The notes below the pieces were generated by a model. The model was not told where the DNA came from and made no database searches. It worked only from the letters and a program-made list of their open reading frames with translations. DNA of 64,000 bases from Bilabrum cf. latius (lineage: Eukaryota), in contig OZ237741.1 of NCBI GenBank assembly GCA_965178125.1, forward strand, positions 930,001 to 994,000, given 5' to 3'. Each line of letters opens with the position of its first letter. Within the stretch, counting starts at the first letter, position 1. A program made the position numbers and the translations under genes. This document shows positions 13,301-23,803 of the stretch, in pieces.

Positions 13301-16300
13301 CGGTGTGCCTCGACTACCACGGCAAGCGCGACGTCGTCGTCCTCCCTGCCTCCAGCCAGCGCGCCCGGGGGCACGATCTCCCGTGCACCCAGGCTGCGCA
13401 GCGAGGCCCACGCCGCCTCAAGGTTCCGCCTTCTGGAAGGCTCCGTGGGCGTCATCCACTCGCAGCCTTGCGCGTCCAGAGGGACCACGACTCTGCCCTT
13501 GCCCTTGGTGGCAGCACCTGCCTTGGGCTTGGAACCGCCGTCCGCATGGTCCTCCGGCGCCTCTTGGCTGGACACACCTGCGTAGTACGCAGCGACGCAG
13601 ACGAAGTCTACGCCATCCATGGCTCGCCTCCAGAGCCCCTTTTGAAGCGGCTTTAGCTCTCCATCAGCCTTCGTTCTCCCACCTTTGCCGCCTGCAGAAT
13701 CCGCCAGCTGCTGCTCGATGGCACGCCTGCTGGTTCCCGCCACTGGTGCCCTGCCGAACTTTCGCACGATCCCAGAGAGCCACCGGAGTGCTGAAACGCC
13801 CTTTCTCCGTGCACGTCGGATGCACCACGCGTCGTGCAAAGCGCAGACGAGCTTGCCGCCTGCCTCGGGGTCCTTCGCAGCGAACACTGCACCAGCAGGA
13901 GGAATGGACATCTTGTCCACGTCCCCCTTCCAAGCAGCCCGCAGGCCGATCTCGAGGTTTCGTAGGGCGGCGGCACGCGTCCTGGGCTTGGCCTCTACAT
14001 GAGCCCTGGCCACATCCTGCGCCTGCGTGCGCGGTGCAGCACCCCTGGCCACCGCGCAGAGGAGCAGCCCAGACCTGAGCTCCTGAGACAGGTTCTCCAG
14101 TCGAGCCGCCTGCGGATCGTGCGGTGCACCTGCCACGGCTCGCGCCCAGCTGACTGCGTGGGCGAGACGGTCGGGACCCTCGGGCACTGCCGGCAGGCGG
14201 TGCTGCACAACCGGCTGCGGAGCGACGGCGTCGGCGGCTCCGCCTTCAGGAGCGCTCGCCCCATCGACCTTTCTCGAAGCCACGTCTCTAACCCCCCGCG
14301 CGCCCGTGCGCTGCATATGGGCCCTCCCCTCCGCCCTAGCCCGCTGCCTATGCCCTGACCGGGGATCCACCGGAATGCCCCTGGCTGGAGGCCTCGTCTT
14401 CGGCCTGCTCTCGGCGCGGGGAGACGAGGCACCGATGGAGTTTCGGCGGCCCCTCATGCTGCGATGAGGCTGTCTGGGCACGGGAGGTTTTCTCCTACTG
14501 GTAGCAAGGTCGTTGTCGTCCAGCGCTGCCTGGGTCGAAGTCAGCGACTTGAAGGGCAGGGGCCGGCCCGGCGTGACCCCGTTGCCATGTCTGCGCTTGG
14601 GAATCCCGCTTCCGCTGCGGACGCTTCCGCTGTCCCTGCTGGCGTGGGAGCCCCTGCGTCGCCTGTGTGAGCCATTGTCCGGTGCGTGGGAGGATCCCTG
14701 CCCATCGCTGCCAGCCGTGCTGCCTGCTTTGCCGTGCTTGCGCTCCTGCCTCAGGACGCTGTCTACCACGGGCGAGCCCGCGTCTAGCGAGTGCACCAAG
14801 GGGTCGTACTCGGTGGCACCGGCGGCATCCCTCGCAGGGGGCTTCCGAGTTGATTGCCTTCCGCCCGTCGGGGCCCCGCGACGGTGACGGCTGCTGCTTG
14901 AGGCGTTCCCAGCGGGTGCTGATCGGAGGGAGGAAGCCGCGCTTCCGCGACGCTCCCGACCACTTGGCGCTGGGGTGAGCATTGGAGCTGTGGGCATCCT
15001 CGAATCATCGGCTGGTGCGGTGCCTGGGGCAGCGCCATCGACTGCGGCGTCGAATGAAGAGCTGGCGCCAGCAGGTGGTACCTCGTCGTCGTTCTCGCGT
15101 CCCCCGCTGGTACGCCCGCGGCCTCGGCCCGCCCCACCACCTCGTCCACGACCTCCGCCACGACCGCGGCCACGGCTAGTTGCCGAGCCACCTCCCCTGC
15201 CCCTACCCCTGCCCCGTCCCCGTGCAGCAGCAGTGCCGCCCCTCTCGACAGCAGAGCCGCTCGTGCTGTCCGCCTCCTTCTGCGGCGCTTCCTTTGAGCC
15301 TGCTCCAGGCTGCCCTGGTTTAAGCTGTTCCTTCTCCTTCTGCGCCTGTGCCCTGCGCTCCTCAATGTGCTTCCTAAGGGCTGGATCCTCTTGGAGCGCC
15401 AAGTCAACGGATCGGATCACATCCATCGCTCTCTCCTGGAGCTCAGCGCTGCCAGGCTCCAGCCTGCCTTTGTCTCTGGGCCTGCTAGGGGTCCCGAATC
15501 GAGAGGAGGGGCGAGAGCCTCCACGGCTACTGGGACCCTTCGGCTTGGCAGCACCAGGATCAGCATCTGCAGAGGATGGTTCAGAGCTACCTTGCTGCGA
15601 TTGCTCGCCGGCACCAACAGCTTTAACTCCTGAGGCACCAATACCAGCTTTATCTGCCACATCGGCTGCCTCCTGAGGCACTTCTCGTCCTGAAGCACCA
15701 ATACCAGCTTTATCTGCCACATCAGCTGCCTCCTGAGGCACTTCTCGTGCTGAAGCACCAGTAGCACCAGTAGCACCAGTAGCACCAGTAGCACCAGCAC
15801 CAGCACCAGCACCGCGAACAGGCAGAGCCGTGGGGATGCCTTCCTGATCATGCCCCACAGCAGATACCCCACTCGGAGCATCATCGCTTTGAGCGCCCAT
15901 AGCACTATCAGTAGTGCTGTTTTGGCCGTGCAGGCCCGCGCTCGCACCAGATCCACCCCCGCCGTATGCTATGGATTCAAGCGATCCCAACACCCTGTCG
16001 CCGCCATCGCTGCGCCACCTGGCCTTCTCCACAGGGCTTCTCACCGGGCTTGGGCTCTGACTGGGATGAATTGACATTGGGGGCAAGGGGCGGGGCTCCC
16101 GTGGGGGCGGGCTCTCCGCAAGCTTGGGTGCCCCCTCCATGTCTGCCTGCAGGCCGTCGGCCTCGTTCTCTTCCATCGTGTCAGATCGCCAGGGAACAAC
16201 GCCAGCTCGCCGGCGAAGGTACAGCTGCACGGCCCCCAGAGCTCGAAGCCACTCCTGGCGGGCTCGCTGGGAGGGTGCCTGCAAAACGAAGGTTCGCTGA

Positions 16301-17565
16301 GGGGTCAGCAGAGCGAATGATCGCGGCGGCATGTCACCCCTCCCGCCAATCACGCCCTGTACCACCCCTGGCAGCGGGCCGCCGCCCGACTCCTCCCCGA
16401 TGGGACACGTGCCGTCCCTGGCGCACGCCTTCACTGTCTCAGTCTCCGCAGTGGGCACGAGGAGCGCCTTTACATCACCGAGAGAGAAGGCCCCCTGCGA
16501 GCTCTCGCTGGACCTGGACTTGAAGTACTGTGCCGAGGAGGGGCGCAGCACGAACCACCTTCGCTTAGAGGAGGACCCGCTGCGGCCCCTCTTGTGCAGG
16601 TACCCGTGCAGGACAGCCCTTCCCTCCGGCCCGTGGAGGCCGCTGTCAGTGTCCTCCTGCGCGGCCCGCGCGATGGCGTCCGCTGCGGCCCGCACCTCGG
16701 GCAGGTCCTGCAGCTCCAGAGGATCCATAAAGCCCGCGGAACATACCGGCGCCGCGCGGAGTGACGATGGTAGAGGTGCCGCGGGGGACAAGACGCCCGA
16801 CCGACCAGACCCTGACCCTGCACCCGCTCCAGCTCCAGATCCTGAGGCAGATACCCTGCTGCCCGCGCTCGCGCCCAGAGTGCCCCTGTGGTGCGAACGA
16901 GACCCAGTCCCTGAGCCGGCTGCCTTGTCAGTCCTGGGCGTGTGGTAGCCTTCGCTCTCTTTTCGCCCGGAGCGACGGTCGTCCCCGCGGCTGCTGCGAG
17001 AGCGAGCACGGGAGCGGGACCTGCCGTGACGCCGGCTCCGGCGGGATCGGCTTCGACTTCGACCGCTCCCCCGGTCTCTACCACCATCGCGGCGCCTTTC
17101 CCTTGGAGAGCGTGAATGACCTCGACTACCATGCTAGCTGCGAGGAGTAGCGTCCGTGACGACTTGCAATTCACCGGTTGCGCCGGGTTCAACCATGCTT
17201 GGTGAGTATCCCGTGGCAGCGTACGGGCTGGAGCCCATTCCCTGCGTCTGTTGCAGCCCATACGCTGCAATCATTGCTTGGTACTACTGCTATACCGCGT
17301 CCGAGGTGGAGCCTCCAGGGCCCGTAGAGGAGACTGCTCCGGGAGGCGGCACAGGAGAAGCATGTGCGACTGATCGCGAGGCTCCTTCTGCAACGCTAGC
17401 GTAGAGATCCCGGTTAGAAGTATTCTACGCATGATCTAATTCACCGTCTTGCGCACCGGTCGGTGGATGGGGTCCTGCGTCCAATTCACCGCCATCCCGA
17501 GCCTTTCGCTTCTGACTCGGTGGCGTGTACGCTGGAGGGTGCGGCGAGAACATTTGCTTCGACAT
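10384..17565 (-). CDS. Very large (about 2390 aa) low-complexity protein with a PH domain and two calponin-homology-like domains
   Basis: Single frame through about 9 TAG. PH: GYLHKRG...KRRWFVL...RTFVLQAPS...EWLRAL. CH-like: LRSGLLLCAV...LRNLEIGL and MDGVDFVCV...RNLEAAW. Ends TAA 10384. Confidence 0.8.
15628..15810. repeat. Coding 60-bp direct repeat (2+ copies) with adjacent 9-bp/6-bp GAT/GA repeats
   Basis: tgaggcaccaataccagctttatctgccacatc... recurs with a 60-bp period, encoding REVPQEAADVADKAGIGASG twice. Confidence 0.85.
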
Positions 17566-18594
17566 AGCACAGCCAGGCTCAGTTAAATTGAAAGATTAGA
17601 CAGAACCGGAGGATGTCTACCTGTAGTTTCGTGCGTAGCGGGTGGATGCTGGGCGTCGAATCAACCCGCGAAACTTGCAGGAAAGTGCACACTACATTTG
17701 GCCAGACTGGGCGATCCAGCGATAGCCGCGGCTACACATGACCGGCAGCTCGCCTGGATGTGAGTTTGCTCTCACTACGAGCTTCACGGACAGCAGCCAT
17801 CACGCGCGAACGAGACTAGCCGCAATATTGTTTGAATTGAACAACCGTCGGATGGCAGGACTCGCAGCGGCACGTGGGTGATAAACACTGGTCACGCACA
17901 GTACCGGGCTTTGCACTGGGACACACAAGCCTAGTTACGAGGCAAATTGAGGTGCTATTGGCTGGTGAAGTACGAGGCATCACCAGTCCAAAAATTGCAT
18001 GATCACGATCGAGACAGGCCCTCTGCAGCGGGACAGCGAGTTTGCTCTCCCCACGGCCTGGTGTCCAGCCTGAGGTGCTGGTGACCACTGCCAGTGGCAC
18101 GAAGGCCTGCACCCTGAGACCACGAAGGGGGCAATTGGCGACTTTCGGGCGGATGACGGGAGTGCGGGTGATCCGAACAGCAGCAGCAGCAGCAGCAGCA
18201 CTTAGGTCCTGCCGAGCAATAGAGAGCCTGAGGTGACGCCGCCAAACCGCCCCTTCCGAGCCGGGACGTGCCAGTGGGGAGCGGATACATCGTGGCACTG
18301 GTTCGGTGTGCCAAGTGGGGGGTATTCGAACGTCGGGCAACCAACGGCATGCTACATCAGAAATGCGACTGATTGCCCTCACTGAAGGGCAACGCCGGCA
18401 ATCACGTGGCCCAACAAGGGGGGAGGGTGCAGCAGCTCCATGCAGTGGAAATGGCATGGGTACTATTGGGCCGATGGCATGTTCATGACGTGTGTCTATG
18501 ATACCCATCCTTTATACGTAGGTACATGTGGTAGGTCATTTCCTAAGTCTTCAAGTTGGCGGTCTTGGATCCGTCAGGCAGCTCAAGCCCGGCA

Positions 18595-21500
18595 ATGTCA
18601 TCCGATCGCACCCTAAAGATCACTATACCTCTACAATCAATCGTCATCACTATTCACCTTGGATTCGTCCGAAAATACTTCTATGTGGCACTAATCTAGT
18701 CTCTCAAGGCCATTCGGGCAGTTGCTTCGTAGGTGGTGTTGAATCCGCGAAACCGGAAATCCAATACGGAGGCTGCTCGCTTCAGTTTTCTTCAAATTCG
18801 GCTTGCTTTAAGTCATCGACAGTCAATCAAAACGATGCATTCCATTCGAACGCGATATACAGCCTCCCTAGCCAAGCGCCTTCGGCTCAAGGCGCTTACC
18901 AGTGGTCGCCGAGCAACACTGCAAGTGACGGCGACATCCACGCAGCAGCTGCCGCAGGCTCTCGGCGGGCCATCCAACAGGAGTAGTGAGGGCAAGGATA
19001 CACTCACTCCAATCAACGATATTTCTCGTATTGCGTCGAATGAAGGCGACGGCGGTCGCAAAGGGCCAGGCTAGTAGAAGGCATCCAGATTGCGGCAGCT
19101 TTTCCTGTCACTGGCCGTCCTGGCTTTCATCAACTACATTCTGAGAGAGCATCTATGGGGTTACTACGAATGGGAATCAAATAGTGCGCTGCTCAGTGTT
19201 TGCTCGCAGCTCCCCAGGGCGTACCATTGGCTCCGGCACAGATACCTATCACTTGGCATGCGCTCGTTGTCAGATACCGTAGCGATCGTCAGGGATCCCA
19301 AGATGGCGGAACAGGAGCCGATATTTGACAATTTGACGAAAGATCCAGCGCCAGGTTCGAGGCGTCGCGTGGTTTCTTTCGAGCACGATGGCAGGAAGTA
19401 TGCTATCCGAGTGTGGGAAACTGGCCCAGCTTCTGGACCTGTCGTGGTCGTCAACGCTGGGACCATTACGATGGCTGCTCCTCTCATGCGGACTCTTGGC
19501 AAGCAAGTGCGTGTTATTGCGTACGAACACGCGGGCATGGGCCCGGATGCAGGCGCCCTGCTGTCTGCCGACTCCAGGCAAGCCGCCAGCGCCCCTGTGT
19601 CGGGCCGGTATGTTGCCATCGAGCAGGCGGCCAAGTCGTTCCAGCGCTCGTTCGAGAACAAGTACATGGTAGACCCCAGGCTGGTTGACACTGATTTCAT
19701 CCGCAAGTTGCGTGCAGTTTTGAATGCCTTCCCAGAGCTGTTGCAGACTGTCAGACAGGAGCTTCACGAGGCAGCCACCGATGCCAAAGACTAGGTGGCG
19801 GGGAAAGGGGAACCATAGAACGAAGTACGGGGTGCACCTGCCGCTAACACCGATCCAAGCCCTTCAGATCCTGGGACACGGATCATCTGGCCCATCGTCG
19901 ACTCCACACTCGATGCGATGAAGCGGACGGTGCTTCCTGCGCTGGATGCAGAGTCACCCCTCCCTACACATGATGACTGCAAGGACGGCCGTTCGATGCA
20001 CGAGGAGATGCATCCTGTGGGAGGGGTGAGCAATCTGGACGACAGCACGGATCCATCGGGCATCCTCCGAAGATTGAGGAAGTCGCAGGAGCGGCGACTC
20101 AAGGCGGTGCACGTGTGGCTGTACGGGGATATGGATCCCACGCACGGGTACTGCGAGCCTTTTTCCGCGGAGCAGGACACGCTTTAGAACTGCCTATGGG
20201 ACTTTAGTGACCCTAGAAGCGTGTACTGCGCTTCCACTATCAGGCGACCCATACCATCCCCCTATGCCCCCTTTACTGGCGTACGCCTGCCATTCGCTCC
20301 AACACCAGAGCTCGAGTCCAAGGAGCTCACGGCGGTGCTGCAGTCTACGGTCACTTCAGATGACCCTGTGATCCTTGTTGGAATGCACATGAACTGGTTG
20401 TCAACCCTGCAGTTTTCCGCCAGGAACGCCGGCGCCATCGCTGGGGTGGTATTGGTGGACCCTTTGCTGCCCTTCAGCCAGGTCCCGCTTACGGCATCGG
20501 GAGTGGCGACGACGTGCGGCGTAACGAACATCACGGATTCTAGGCCCATAGTGGCCGAACAGGCCAATTCGGGCATTCAATTACCCTTAAATTCCCGCAC
20601 AGGCCTGATGCAGGACACGTTGCTCAAGGAGGCCTTACAGGGCAGGAGGGATGCCATGGGGCGCTAGACACTCGACGCCACACAGGTACTAGATGCCTTC
20701 GAAATCAAACGATTCCCAGAGACTGTCATCGACTACGTGAGGCAGGCTACCACTGACATTGAGAGTGGGGCGCAGCGGCCGCTCTACGGTGGGTATCACG
20801 ATCAGTGGCTGCTGGGCAAGGTCGGTGCTCTGCACAATGGCGCTCCCTGGCCGAGCCCGTCCACTCGCCATTACTGCCAACCACTTGTGGATGGATCGAC
20901 TGGTAAAGGACGCCGCATTTGCACACAACCCCGCCCTACGGCAGTTCTCGATCGACTCGCTGATTGGAGACTCGCGTCCTGGTCCCGACGTGTATGCAGC
21001 CGGCAAGACGGGATCCAAGGAGCTTCAGATGGCTGCATCCGTGAGTCGGCGGGCCGAGTACGTCCTATAGCAACAGGAGTGCCTGCGCGTCAAGAACTAC
21101 CTGGCTAGTCTGTATGCAGCTGCCAGCGAGGCATCCTTCCAGGAGTGGACAGTAGCCCAAATGAACACAGAGGACAACGCCAAGCAGACGTTGTCTGCAT
21201 TGCGTGCTATTCGAGACAGGACAGACGCACTGACGTCTTCACAGCTGCCCGCAAAGCCTGCGCTGCATAAGGAGTTGAAAGCAGCCAATCGCATGAACCT
21301 GCATGGTCTTGACCTTGACGACGTCACCAACCCCCTGTTTTCCGCACGCGGGTTCCTCAAGGAGATGCAGTCGAGACATTCCGGGACAGCTGCCGCCGTG
21401 GACCGTCGGTACGCTACCCAGCTCAGCATAGACGCCAGGAGCATCGCTCGAGAGGCGCTGGTGCGCCAGGGCTGCATTGAGGTGGATACGAACGGCACCA

Positions 21501-22753
21501 CGTACGCCAAGAAGCCGTGTCCCTCCAGGGCAATGGCGATGAAGACGGCCTAGCACAGCCTGCAAGAGATCATGCCGCATGAGTAGCAGCTGGCCGAGCT
21601 GACGATGTTTGATCTCGACGCAGAGGTGCCGTGGAGGGCACACAACCACGACTCTGTGGCTCTGAGCGGGCTGCATCGCGAGATGCTCGGCTTGCTGTCT
21701 TCGTCGCGACTTACGTGCTCGGTGCACGTGCTTGTAACCCAGCCACTAGCCGACAATTTGTAAGAGACACCTGCAGTACTAGAGGCTAAGCTGGGCAGCG
21801 GCTTGCCGAGCGGGAAGTTCTTGGTGAATGCCGGGGATTAGAATCGGGTTCTCGATCCCTAGGTGTGGGACACAGCTGCGGGGCCCAAGGATATTGGCAC
21901 CCCGTCCGGCAGGAAGCACCAGCTTCCGATCGATAACAGCGACGTCAGCCTGAAAGAACTTATCGGGCCCTCGTTTAGGCCGGAACTGGGAGAGGCCATC
22001 CGACAGAGGGTGGTTCCGAAGCTGTCCTCCGATGCCATGCAGGCGCTGGACCCGATCCTGCAACGCATGGAGCCAAAGGACTGGGGCCTTCTCGGCGCTT
22101 TCTCGGACGTTGATGGCAAGATGAAGCAGGCACCACACAGCAGCTACCCTTTGCTGGACTTCAATGTGGCACCGTTTGACCCGTCTAGCTCGGCAGTGAA
22201 GTCCATGACCAATGACACCAAGACGCTCGTGGATGCCGATGACCTTGGACTGAGCATCAGCAAGACGACGCTGCCGCGCGAGGATGCAGCCCGCGTGCGT
22301 CTCCTTAGAAGCCTTCATAAGAGCCGGCAGGCGGAGACGTCCCACCAGTGGGAGCAGCTCCTGCGCCACCCCACGAATGGGAAGAGGCGATCCATGGTTC
22401 CAGTCGAGAGCCTCACACCCCAGCAGAAGCTAAAGGCTGGGGAGACGGGCAACTGTCCGACCCTCGTGGGGGACTTGCGTGTGCCCGCCGGTGCAGTGGT
22501 AGTGCCAGAGTGGGGCTACCCCGGGCGAGGGTACTTTTGCACCCAGTCCATGCAGTTTGGGGGGCACAGGCCCAACCTCGGTCGGCTGGTGCCCGATGTG
22601 GGAGGAGGGGAGCTGGAGCCTGATTGGGGGGCGGTGTCCAAACACGTTGGGCAGCTGGTGACCGACCACTAGCATGCGAAACGGAAGCAGGCGAAGCTTA
22701 CGGACAAGCAGAGGGCAGCCCAAGCGGAAGGAGAGGGGCAAGGGAGGCAGTGA
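18595..22753 (+). CDS. Large protein with a TM segment and a degenerate alpha/beta-hydrolase fold; contains one unexplained +1 frame change and one in-frame TAA
   Basis: VRVIAYEHAGMG and PVILVGMHMN...GAIAGVVLVDP resemble abhydrolase motifs. About 14 in-frame TAG; frame change near 20820-20860; TAA at 21761; ends TGA 22751. Confidence 0.55.
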
Positions 22754-23066
22754 GGGAGGGCTCCCCCATGCACGAAGTAGTTGCAGAGCCATAGCAAGAT
22801 GGACCTGCATTGGAGCTGAATAAATTCAAAGAACGGATCGATACTTACCTGTAATTTTGCGTGTAAAAATCGTCTCACGTGCAGGAAAATGCACCCAGCA
22901 TTTAGCCAGATCGGGGATGATCGCTGCCGCCTTGTGCCGCTAGAGTTTGGCAAATTTGGCAAACTGCTGGCCTTTGGTGGTATTGGGCAAGAGGCAAAGA
23001 GCTACTTTGAGTTGCTGTCGCGAGGTGCATGTAAGCTAGATCATATAGATTCACTGATGAAGGCGC

Positions 23067-23669
23067 TCATTTGCCGCCCCCTGCTGCCGCCGCGCCAGCC
23101 CCACTTGCAGGCCCATCCCCAGCCTTTCCTACTCGTTTCTTGGAAGCCCCCTGCCTACCTCCCTTGCTGCCTAAAACACCAGGTTTGGACGTGTCGACAC
23201 CAGCGGCCTCCAGTCTAGCTTTCCGTCTCTTTCGTCGCTGGGCTCCGCTCAGGCGGGGCTTTGCCATAAACTTCTCGGTCTCATCAGATCTTGCTGGTTT
23301 CGTCGACGGCCTTCCGGAGTCTGCATCGATGCTACTATCTGCCATTGCCGTTGATACCAAGTCAGACACAACATTCAATGTCTTGATGTCCCTTCGCGAC
23401 TGCAACTGAAATTGCAAACACGTGCTGTCGTCTGTGACCTTTATCAATACCTATCCTTTCGCTGGTCGAGTCGTCACAACCATTCGAACCTGCAGATCAA
23501 ATCAATAATCAGCGGAATTAAATCCAAAATGAAGGTGGAAATGAACTGATATGGCGCTCTGCGCTGACCGAGCTTGCGTCGTGCTCAGGAAGCTTACATG
23601 ACCAGCCCGCTCCTTCACTAGCTTCGACACCGCTTCTTCGAACTCAGAAGCCACTCGAATAAACACCAT
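23067..23669 (-). CDS. SRP9: Signal recognition particle 9 kDa subunit; exons 23669-23598 and 23489-23067
   Basis: MVFIRVASEFEEAVSKLV...|VRMVVTTRPAKG*VLIKVTDDSTCLQF...DIK matches the SRP9 KVTDD..CL signature. GTAAG...GCAG intron 23490-23597; TAG at 23451. Confidence 0.85.
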
Positions 23670-23737
23670 GTAAATACACTACGCTCTGACTCAGGGATGA
23701 GACGGTTGAAAACTTTGTTTGGTTGCCGGTTCGGCTA

Positions 23738-23750
23738 CACTTCCGGTTTT
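23738..23750. promoter_or_regulatory. Candidate promoter element CACTTCCGGTTTT
   Basis: Lies mid-way in the 134-bp SRP9/ValRS divergent spacer. An identical 13-mer occurs at 45091-45103 upstream of another gene. Confidence 0.35.
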
Positions 23751-23803
23751 GGACCTGGAGAAGACAGCCGCAGTTCGCATATATCTTGGATTTACCCAGG
23801 GGT

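Noticed and set aside
17816-18508. 230-aa minus-strand ORF
   Set aside because: No recognisable motifs and a composition typical of non-coding frames.
22841-22990. ATACTTACCTG matches the 5' end of U1 snRNA
   Set aside because: No recognisable U1 loop I or properly placed Sm site. It is more simply a consensus CAG|GTAAGTAT donor on the minus strand, or chance. An Infernal search would settle it.
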